From contig CAZQQT010000004.1 in NCBI GenBank assembly GCA_964595645.1, forward strand, positions 143,153-207,152: DNA of 64,000 bases, given 5' to 3'. This DNA comes from an uncultured Thermococci archaeon. GTDB lineage: Archaea; Methanobacteriota_B; Thermococci; Methanofastidiosales; B48-G16. Positions within the stretch are counted from its first letter, which is position 1, and each line of letters begins with the position of its first letter. The notes under the pieces were generated by a model, which was not told the origin of the DNA, did no database searches, and saw only the letters and a program-made list of their open reading frames with translations. Positions 19,924 through 28,233 of this stretch are shown here, one piece after another. The translations under genes and the position numbers were made by a program.

Positions 19924-21477
19924 TTAGCAATCCATAAATAACTTTATATTTTCCCTAATTTTTTCTTTTTCAGTTTCTTTTATTTCTTTTATATCATATT
20001 TTTCCTTTACAACATCTGATAAAAACTTTCCGTCCATAATTGGAGGAATAGGTATTTTCATTAATACTAATATTGTTGGGGCAAGATCTATTAATTTTGC
20101 ATTATCGATAACTTTTCCTTCACGAATCCCATCGCCTTCTATAATAAATATCCCAAAGGGATCTGCATTATGATCTCCTGTTTTATAAGGCATATCAACT
20201 CTTTCTGTAACAATATCAGTATGAAAATTTGGATTAATTTTAAATTTTTTATTAGGTAAAGGAATTAAATCAGGTAATGTATCTTTATAAGGTCCTTTAA
20301 ATAACTCCTTTTTAGTGTGAATTTCTTTAAAAACAGAGTTCCCTTTGTATTCATATTGTAAGAGTTCTTTTTTTAACTTTTTAATTAGATTTTCATAATT
20401 ATTCTTGCTATTATTATAGTTAAAATAAATCCCCCAACGAGAACCGTAAAATAATGTCTTATTTTTATTTACTCTTTTGAAAATTGCGTTTTCATTCATA
20501 GCTTCACTTTTTATTTTTTCAGGAACTAATGATCTTATGAAATCAAAATTTTTAGTTAAATTTATTCCTTTTGAATAAATGAAATTCTTCATTTGAGTTG
20601 AAAAATTATTTTTTGTTTCAAGATACCCCTTCCTTTTTAACCAAGTATTAATATGAAAATATTTATTTGATCTTCCATGAAAACCATGGTCTGACATAAT
20701 TATAGTTATATCAGGGCCCATGGCGTCACGTAATTTTTCGATTTTCTCGTCTATTTTTTCCAAGAAATTATTTATTTCTTTTTTTTCATCCCAAAAAATA
20801 TGTTGAATCACATCCAATTCTTTAAAATTAACAATAAAAAAATCAAGATTATTCTTTTTTATTAATTTATTACTTAACTCAGCTCTTTTTTTGAGAACAT
20901 TATATAGTTTATTTTTAACAATTTCTTTATTTACACCTTTTTCAGGCAACACCCCTAATTTTCCATTGAATTCTACATCAATTTTATATCCATTTTTATT
21001 AAGATATTTTTTTAACTCTTTAGGATAAGTATATTCAGAACTGTGACTAGGTGAAAGGAATCCGGAAATTAGAAATCCATTAACTTCCTCTGGGGGAAAT
21101 GTTACTGGTACGTTTACCACCCCTACCTTAAAACCATAGTCAGAAAGTATTTTCCAGAGGGAATCGGGTGTTACAAAAGATGCATTTGCTGTTTTATTTT
21201 CCATTTTAAAGGTTTCATCTTTTTTTGTTAAACTATTTAACGCGAAAATACCCAATTTTCCTGCATTGGTTCCAGTGAAAAATGTGGGCCATGAATAAAT
21301 CGAAAGTGGTGGGATGACACTTTTTAATTTTCCATGGACACCTTTTTTTACTAATTTTGAAATATTAGGTATACCTTTTTTCCTTTTTTCCAACAAGGGT
21401 TTTAGAATTTTAAATGTAGCTCCGTCTAAACCAATTACTAGTATTCTAGGATTTTCAATTTTCTTATCTTTTGACAT
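19924..21477 (-). CDS. Alkaline phosphatase superfamily protein (type I phosphodiesterase/NPP-like)
   Basis: VIGLDGAT, S..PP.S..W.TF.TG, D..QH, SDHGF, TGDH, DLAPTIL; GGTGA RBS favours ATG 21477. Confidence 0.88.
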   Translation of the reverse strand: MSKDKKIENPRILVIGLDGATFKILKPLLEKRKKGIPNISKLVKKGVHGKLKSVIPPLSIYSWPTFFTGTNAGKLGIFALNSLTKKDETFKMENKTANASFVTPDSLWKILSDYGFKVGVVNVPVTFPPEEVNGFLISGFLSPSHSSEYTYPKELKKYLNKNGYKIDVEFNGKLGVLPEKGVNKEIVKNKLYNVLKKRAELSNKLIKKNNLDFFIVNFKELDVIQHIFWDEKKEINNFLEKIDEKIEKLRDAMGPDITIIMSDHGFHGRSNKYFHINTWLKRKGYLETKNNFSTQMKNFIYSKGINLTKNFDFIRSLVPEKIKSEAMNENAIFKRVNKNKTLFYGSRWGIYFNYNNSKNNYENLIKKLKKELLQYEYKGNSVFKEIHTKKELFKGPYKDTLPDLIPLPNKKFKINPNFHTDIVTERVDMPYKTGDHNADPFGIFIIEGDGIREGKVIDNAKLIDLAPTILVLMKIPIPPIMDGKFLSDVVKEKYDIKEIKETEKEKIRENIKLFMDC

Positions 21478-21509
21478 ATTATTCACCATATAATTTGTTA
21501 AATATCATA

Positions 21510-22946
21510 TCATTTTATAAACAATTGTTTTAAAAAAGAACGTAATCCTTTAATATTCCTTATAAATTCTGATGGACGTTTTATAGATTGAATAAATTTG
21601 TAAGCAATATATTTGGGACTTGTATGATAATGAATATATGCTTTTTTCTGTAACTCTCTTATTTCAGAAGGATTTAGATTCCCTTGATTAAGAGTAGTAA
21701 TATAGTGACCCTCCTCAGTAAGCCATTCAGAATAATCTTCCGTTTTTAAATTACCTTCTTTTTTAGCTTTTTTATAATCATCTGTCCGGGGGTATACCAT
21801 CAATGGATAAAATTGTGCTGTATCTGGGAATAATTCCTTAGCATATTCAACGGTGTTTTTTATTGACTCTTCTGTATCGTCAAATAATCCAATTATAAAG
21901 CATCCATTAATTAATAAACCAATCTCCCTAGCTTTATTCATAAATTTTTCCGCTTTGTTAGTTGTGATTCCCTTTCTAATATTTTTCAAAGATTCTTTTG
22001 AGGGGGTTTCAAATCCTACACATGCCAATCTACACCCCGCCTTTTTCATCTTCTCCATTAATTTAGGATCCGTATTAACCCTCAAATTACATGACCATGG
22101 TAAATTAATATTATTTTCTATTTTTTTTTCACAAAATTCCATAGCAGTATCTTTTTCTAAACCAAATGTATCATCCTCGATCATGACTTCATTTATTTCA
22201 GGCATTTCCTCTTCAATGAATTCAAATTCTTTAATTACATTTTCAGGACTCCTTGTTCTATATGAATTTTTAAAGGGTATATTACAAAAAGAACAATTAT
22301 ATTTACAACCTCTTGCAGTTAATATAGTAACCTGAGGATATCCTACAGAGGCGTAAAAATAATTTTCAGGATTTAGGTGTTTTTTATATACTTTAGAAAC
22401 AAAAGGTAATTCATCTAAATCTTTAATCATTTCTCTTTCACCAGTGTTAATTACCTCCCCATCTTTTTTAAATGCGAGTCCTTTAATTTCTCTAAAATTC
22501 TTATTTTGATTATTTAATGATTCTGCTAAATCTTTTACTGTATAATCATATTCCCCTGAACAAATTGAATCCACTGCGTCATTAAAATTTAATGTCCACT
22601 CTGGTTTAGCTGTAGGATGTGTTCCAACCATATTAATATGGATATCGGGATTGTTTTTCTTGATTTGCTTAGCAAATCTCAAATCATTTTTTATGCTTGG
22701 TGTACTAGTATCCATAATAATTAATTTAGGGTCAATAGATTTTATTTCTTTTAGAGTTCTTTTATGGTCCCTTTTTTCTGCTATGGGGTCTATTAAAAAC
22801 TCATCAAATCCCGCTTTATCTAAAACTCCTGTCGCATATGCTAGATAATATGGATAATATACGGTACCACCAAATGATACTCCAGGAGATCTACTTTGTC
22901 TAGAAAAATTTTCTTTAAATGGAGGATTTAGCAATAAAACTTTCAT
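21510..22946 (-). CDS. B12-binding domain radical SAM protein
   Basis: N-terminal VLLLNPP...YP..LAY B12 domain, G.H.T, GEY; RGCKYNCSFC (CxxxCxxC); DDTF, G.ET. Confidence 0.9.
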   Translation of the reverse strand: MKVLLLNPPFKENFSRQSRSPGVSFGGTVYYPYYLAYATGVLDKAGFDEFLIDPIAEKRDHKRTLKEIKSIDPKLIIMDTSTPSIKNDLRFAKQIKKNNPDIHINMVGTHPTAKPEWTLNFNDAVDSICSGEYDYTVKDLAESLNNQNKNFREIKGLAFKKDGEVINTGEREMIKDLDELPFVSKVYKKHLNPENYFYASVGYPQVTILTARGCKYNCSFCNIPFKNSYRTRSPENVIKEFEFIEEEMPEINEVMIEDDTFGLEKDTAMEFCEKKIENNINLPWSCNLRVNTDPKLMEKMKKAGCRLACVGFETPSKESLKNIRKGITTNKAEKFMNKAREIGLLINGCFIIGLFDDTEESIKNTVEYAKELFPDTAQFYPLMVYPRTDDYKKAKKEGNLKTEDYSEWLTEEGHYITTLNQGNLNPSEIRELQKKAYIHYHTSPKYIAYKFIQSIKRPSEFIRNIKGLRSFLKQLFIK

Positions 22947-23950
22947 TGTTTATCACCTACATAAGATATAACCCCTATTATCGCCCCAAAAAAACCGCTT
23001 ATTGACCTAATTGAAGCAAATAATGGGGCAAGAAAAAGCATTTTTCTTTCAAATTTATATGAAAATAAACCGTATGGAATATTTGAGAGATATAAAGTAA
23101 AAATAAAAACTAATGGTATATATGATAAATAAAATAGTCCAACAAAGCTTAATAAGAAGAATCCTACTAAGAAAAATTGTAATTGTGGTTCTAACCCGCT
23201 ATAAGAATCTCCAGCTAATGCTTTTGATTTGTTTTCAAAATATACAGGTACTCTCCAAAAACCTCTATAAAATTGTTGTTTCAAATATTTTAAAAAAGAT
23301 TCAGGATGAAAATGATATGCAAATGTTTTTCCTGTAAAATATATTTTATAATTATTATTACTCAATTTATAAGAAAAATCAAAATCTTCCCCACTTGCAG
23401 TTTTGTATGAGGTATCAAATCCATCCATTTCTTTGAATGTTTCTTTTTTTATTGAGAAAGAATAAGTGCCTACAGAATCTGTTATTTTACCTCTAATATT
23501 AGAATGACGTTTTTTTGTTTCATAATCAATATATCTTGCAATTAAAGACTTCTTATTTTTTATTTCGTAACCACAATGTGCGCCAATAATATTATTTTGT
23601 TCATCAATGGGATCTATCATTTCTTTAACCCAGTTATTTGGTAAAATACAATCAGCATCTGTAAAAAGGAGTATATCACCATTTGCATGTTTAGCTCCTT
23701 TATTTCTAGCACTTGCTGGACCCATATTTTTTTGTTTTGCAATAGGTATAGTAAGTTTACTTTTGTCCCTAAAATTTTTAATTTTTGATATTGAATCATC
23801 TGTTGAACCATCATCAACTATAATGACTTCAAAATTTTTATAGGTTTGTTTTTCTAAACTTTTTAAATTTTCAATTATTGTTTTAGAGGCATTATACATA
23901 GGTATAATAATACTAACTCTATATTTTGACATTTTATCTTTGTTTCTCAT
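22943..23950 (-). CDS. Glycosyltransferase family 2 with C-terminal TM helices
   Basis: SIIIP.YN, DDGSTD, GPASARN.G, FTDAD, GEDFD. Confidence 0.9.
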   Translation of the reverse strand: MRNKDKMSKYRVSIIIPMYNASKTIIENLKSLEKQTYKNFEVIIVDDGSTDDSISKIKNFRDKSKLTIPIAKQKNMGPASARNKGAKHANGDILLFTDADCILPNNWVKEMIDPIDEQNNIIGAHCGYEIKNKKSLIARYIDYETKKRHSNIRGKITDSVGTYSFSIKKETFKEMDGFDTSYKTASGEDFDFSYKLSNNNYKIYFTGKTFAYHFHPESFLKYLKQQFYRGFWRVPVYFENKSKALAGDSYSGLEPQLQFFLVGFFLLSFVGLFYLSYIPLVFIFTLYLSNIPYGLFSYKFERKMLFLAPLFASIRSISGFFGAIIGVISYVGDKQ

Positions 23951-24182
23951 AAATCTAACACTCCTAAAATATTTAATTTAACACTTAAAAATTGATGTGT
24001 AACAATCGGGATATAGATTATCTGAATCAGCATTCCACAGATAAATAATACTTTCATTTTCTTTATTACTCATTTTCCATCTTCCAAAACTCATTGAATA
24101 CAAAACTGCTCTTAATTCACCATCTTACAGAGCTCACCTATATCGCTTTAGGGGGGACAACGATCCCTAAAACTCTCCACTT

Positions 24183-24285
24183 CCTCACCACAACCCACCC
24201 ACATTTCGCGAAGGACGGCAGTTATCTGCTATCCTTTGCACGCGAAATCCGGCAGGTGAGGTTTCTACAAGACAACAATCACCTG
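24183..24285. other. Intergenic nested inverted-repeat (hairpin) element
   Basis: ATTTCGCG 24203-10/CGCGAAAT 24241-48 enclosing AAGGA/TCCTT and GCAG/CTGC; CCTCACC 24183-89/GGTGAGG 24255-61; alternative stem CAGGTGA 24253-59/TCACCTG 24279-85. Confidence 0.5.
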
Positions 24286-24365
24286 TTGCGTTTGCGATAT
24301 TTTTTTAACTTTTCCGACCAATTCTTCAACATCTCATCCTTGTGATTACACTCATCGGCCATTCT

Positions 24366-25143
24366 TTAAAGATATTTTCTGATCTCTTCGCTCACAACTT
24401 CATCAAACACAAAATCAAATTCAGGTCCTTCATCCATCTGATGTTTAAGAGAGTTCTCCCAGCTGTTTTGATAATCTTCCTTTCTTTGGATAAACGCTTC
24501 TAGGTCTATCTCTACACCTTTGAATTCGCTTTTTTTCCTTCAACACTTCCCTCACAATCTCTCTATCAATTTTTTCATGCATCTTCCAAACATCATATAG
24601 ATCTCTAGGCCTGGTCCTTTCAAATAAGGATCTAATTTTTTCTGCTATTATTTCTTCAAGTGGATAACATCTTACCTTTTTATCGAAGTTATCAGGGCAG
24701 TTATGGAGGATTCTCCTTGATTCAGGACTAAGAACAATCTTTTCCTTATCAGGACGTGTCAGATCAATTTTGATCTTTAAAGGACTTCCAGTACTTCTCA
24801 AAATCCTGAAATAAACTTCGATTTTAAATCCGTTTTTAACTTCTTCTAATTTCAAATCTTCTTCAAAACGAATCCCATATTCTCTTACGGTCCTTTCAAT
24901 AGCTTCTTTAATCAACGCCTCTAAACTCTCTTCTCTAAATTCTTTTACCATGGTAAAATCAAGGTCATCAGAAAATCTGTAATCATCAAAATATACCTTT
25001 TTTATACCAGTTCCGCCTTTCAGGAGCATATCATCGTTAGCGAAGTTCTTGAGAAACCAGCTCTGGGCATAGTCTCTTTCGATAGTACTAGCGGGCACCC
25101 CATTTTTCCTCGCTCTCTTTTTGATCTCACCGTCCCGGATCAT
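24366..25143 (-). pseudogene. AbiEii nucleotidyltransferase toxin (type IV TA), frameshifted near C-terminus
   Basis: IERDY, LKGGT, RFSDDLDF, EK.RSL.ER.RPRDLYD. An extra A in the A7 run (24530-24536) diverts from the native tail EFKGVEID...WENSLKHQ...EIRKYL* (TAA 24366-68). Confidence 0.82.
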
Positions 25144-25145
25144 CT

Positions 25146-25898
25146 TCAAGCCTTCAATTCATTTTCATCAACATTAATGATCAATCGCCATTTCGAATTT
25201 CTATCTCCTTTGTCAGGCATAGTGGGATCCAACTTAAGATAATTTCTCGTATCTACAGCGGGGATATCGATGTTCACGCCATGAAGATCACACAGATATC
25301 CGAACCGTCTCCAAACACCGGTATTACCAATTCTATCTATATAATCCAATATCTTTCCATCATCGAAATCCTCGGACCTAACCACCTTAGCCACCTCAAC
25401 AATCCCACCGCAGTACTTAAGTTTATCTAAACAATCAACGATAGTTTTCTCCTTGTCTGTTATATTCACTTGTTCATCGCCAGACCAGAAAGTCTCTTTC
25501 CCGAAGAATTTTTCTTTCTTCAACTTGACTATCTTAAAATTCACGCCGAATATCTTCTTCTCTCTCCATCTCTCCCTCGAGGTGGTTTGAACGAATACTA
25601 TTGTAGGTATCTGTTCCGTGAAACCGTGATAGTTGAGAGCACTCCAATAACCTACACAGTACGGTTCGGCCAATGCAGAAGCCAAAACGAATTCGTCTAA
25701 AGTATATTCCCCTTTTTCACTTCCCACGAGTATAAGCATGTACTTTCCTTTTTCGATCCTTTCGATCCAGCCCTTTTTTTCTAGTCTAGAAAGTATAACA
25801 CGCAAACTCTCTCTTTTTAGTTCCGACGCTTCCAAAGCTTCATCAACGGTGAATGTTTGACCCTTCTGAGCTAATTTATCTAGTAAACTTTTTCTCAT
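25146..25898 (-). CDS. AbiEi antitoxin/transcriptional regulator (type IV TA)
   Basis: wHTH N-terminus (L.RL.KKGWI.RIEKGKY), YWSALNYHG.TEQ.P, DKEKTIVDCL. Confidence 0.9.
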   Translation of the reverse strand: MRKSLLDKLAQKGQTFTVDEALEASELKRESLRVILSRLEKKGWIERIEKGKYMLILVGSEKGEYTLDEFVLASALAEPYCVGYWSALNYHGFTEQIPTIVFVQTTSRERWREKKIFGVNFKIVKLKKEKFFGKETFWSGDEQVNITDKEKTIVDCLDKLKYCGGIVEVAKVVRSEDFDDGKILDYIDRIGNTGVWRRFGYLCDLHGVNIDIPAVDTRNYLKLDPTMPDKGDRNSKWRLIINVDENELKA

Positions 25899-25913
25899 TT
25901 AAACACACTAATC

Positions 25914-25929
25914 TTAACATTTTTGTTAA
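25914..25929. promoter_or_regulatory. Palindromic operator candidate for AbiEi
   Basis: TTAACA-TTTT-TGTTAA 16-31 bp upstream of the abiEi ATG; AbiEi proteins are known to autorepress through promoter inverted repeats. Confidence 0.5.
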
Positions 25930-26440
25930 TTATCGTGTATATTACTAAGAAAACATCCGACTATAAGATTTTTACTTATCATCTTCACGGAAATCTCTTT
26001 GAATTCAAAACTTCTTACCATGTTAAAAACTTCTTAAAATTATCTTTACCTTTTAAATCTCTAATCCCAAAAACTCCTTAAAACCTCTTAAACACTTCTC
26101 CATCTTTAACCTCTTTCAATAAATCTTAAATTTTTACAGCCCCCCATCTACCCCCCATCGGCCCTATTCTCATCGCTGTTCGCTCGATCCAAACCGACGG
26201 GTGTTTCGCGGAATTTTTTTCACGTTTCGTCCTTTGGAGGAATCTGGGTGTTATTTAAAACATTTTACCCCTTTCCCTCCCAAAACCCCCCAAAATCTCG
26301 CAATCCTCCCTTCAAAACCACCGTCTTTCGCCCGCAACAAACGTTCGTTATCTCCCACTCCAGAGCTACGATCTCATAGACCCAACAGCCAACAGCCTCT
26401 CCCGCTCCAACAAACGTTAAATCTCCGCAAAGGCCCTTTG

Positions 26441-27109
26441 TTATCCCCTAAATTTCCGCAAACGACGTTTGATAATCCTTCCGTAAAACACGTTTTGTCC
26501 CGAGTGTCTACGACCGAGGGATGAAATCCCACAGGTACCACACGCCCTTTGCGAGAACAAAAAAACAGAGCAGTTCACCAACAAAAGATATCGATCTCCG
26601 ATCTTGAAATCCAAAATGTTATAACTCAATTTACCTTCCCGCCTCCATGAAATATCCTGACTACGGAAAGAAGGAAAAATACTGGAATCATACTCAAATC
26701 CTAGCTGAGAGAGTTTTTCGACGTCTTCCTTACAGATAACTCCTTTAGGAGACCTATATCCTTTCGGTTTTTCTCCAAAGAAACGTTTATATTCTGTGTA
26801 ACTTTTAGTAATCTCTTCAGAGGATACAGCATCATTTCTATGGCTGTATGAATGAAGTTCAAACTCGACGGTATCTAATCCAATATTTTTGAGTACTTCA
26901 GGATCCTTTTCGAGTATTTCTCCTTGGACAAATACAGTGAGTGGAAGATTTCTTTCTTTGAAGAAGTTTTTTAACTGTAATAGGTAAGAAAATCCCTCTT
27001 TATATTTTTTTGGTAGAAGGTCAGCGTGATCATATTCGAGATCAAGTGTCAAACAGACTGATTTTTCCTTTATAACATCTTTTGGATTGATAGTTCTGAT
27101 GTCTTTCAT
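26441..27109 (-). pseudogene. Polysaccharide deacetylase (CE4/NodB-like), C-terminally truncated
   Basis: LTLDLE, TVFV.GE, ELHSYSH, GYRSP, YDSS; after ~26660 the frame runs into non-homologous-looking sequence. Confidence 0.7.
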
Positions 27110-27136
27110 GCAATCCACGAACTTTTAGATATTGGC

Positions 27137-27469
27137 CTATTCCTCTTCATCTAATTCATCTAACGCTTCCTTCCGTACAAGTTCAGTGATCGTTTTGTCC
27201 ATTTTTTTGATTGAAATATAGAGTTTTATGGTCATCAACAACGCGGAAGTTGCGATAATGGCCACCACTGCATCAAAGGGCCTGTAGAATCCAAGTCGTG
27301 TCAATATATAATTCGCACTCTCAGGTACCAGGACGATAGTCCATAACGAGGCAATCACGATGGAAAAAAAGAGCGTGACACTATCGAATCCCTCTCGTCT
27401 AAGGTAGGTGCAGAGGTAGAGCGTGAGAAAAAACAGGACAATTCCCCCGAAGATCTGTTCGATCATCAT
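27137..27469 (-). CDS. DUF2304-family small membrane protein
   Basis: 3 TM, LG..RP.D, C-terminal I..LVR..AL; typical partner of DPM1-like GT2. Confidence 0.8.
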   Translation of the reverse strand: MMIEQIFGGIVLFFLTLYLCTYLRREGFDSVTLFFSIVIASLWTIVLVPESANYILTRLGFYRPFDAVVAIIATSALLMTIKLYISIKKMDKTITELVRKEALDELDEEE

Positions 27470-28134
27470 TGGATGACACCTTTCAACAACATATCGATCA
27501 TGATCTTGAATCCCGCAATTACCGTGGTTCCTGAGACTTCCTTGGGGTAGACCGCATCCACAGGTACCTCCTCCATGGTAAGATCGTGATCGTGTGCTTC
27601 CTTCAGTATCTCGGTGCAGATGGCGTAGCTATCGAGATCGAAGTCGATCGTCTCCAATGCTTTTCTATCGTAGGCACGGAATCCACACTGGGTGTCCGTG
27701 GACTTAATCCCAAAGAATACTCGTCCGAGGACATTCAGCCCCCAGTTCCCCACACGTTTCACCAACGGCATCTCGTTATTATCTCCGAGCGTTCTGGAGC
27801 CGATAACTACATCTGCGTGATTCTCTTTGAGGCACTGCAAAAATCGTGGAATATCGCAAGGATCGTGCTGACTATCACTGTCAAGCGTGATCACTACCTC
27901 AGCATTGTTTCTTAACGCTACCAGCACTCCTGTTTTTGTGGTAGCACCCACACCTCGATTCACATAGTGACGTAAGACATAATCTGCGCCTGCATTTTTC
28001 GCCGCATCGTACGTGTTGTCGGCACTCCCATCGTCCACCACCACAACTCTGTCCACGTACTGGCGCGTTTCTTCCACTACTTTTCCCACGGTACTTTCCG
28101 TATTGTACGCGGGGATTACCGCATAGACACTCAT
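27466..28134 (-). CDS. Dolichol-phosphate hexose synthase-like GT2
   Basis: VIPAYN, VVDDGS.D, NRG.G, LDSD.QHDP, GSR, DTQCGFR; GGTGG RBS before ATG 28134. Confidence 0.9.
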   Translation of the reverse strand: MSVYAVIPAYNTESTVGKVVEETRQYVDRVVVVDDGSADNTYDAAKNAGADYVLRHYVNRGVGATTKTGVLVALRNNAEVVITLDSDSQHDPCDIPRFLQCLKENHADVVIGSRTLGDNNEMPLVKRVGNWGLNVLGRVFFGIKSTDTQCGFRAYDRKALETIDFDLDSYAICTEILKEAHDHDLTMEEVPVDAVYPKEVSGTTVIAGFKIMIDMLLKGVIQ

Positions 28135-28233
28135 TACTCCACCTTTTATATTTTCTTCTACCCTACTCAAGTAACATCTCTTTTTCCTGAGAGATTCCAA
28201 AAATTTTATATTGTTTTCCTCGAAGGAAGTGAT

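Noticed and set aside
7020-22946. Fosfomycin-type antibiotic or methylphosphonate cluster
   Set aside because: No epoxidase (Fom4), FomA/B kinases or MpnS/HepD dioxygenase; LicD, flippase and GT context points to glycan decoration
26215-26255. Hammerhead ribozyme-like GGACGAAAC on the minus strand
   Set aside because: The required CUGAnGA core is absent upstream of the short TCC/GGA stem
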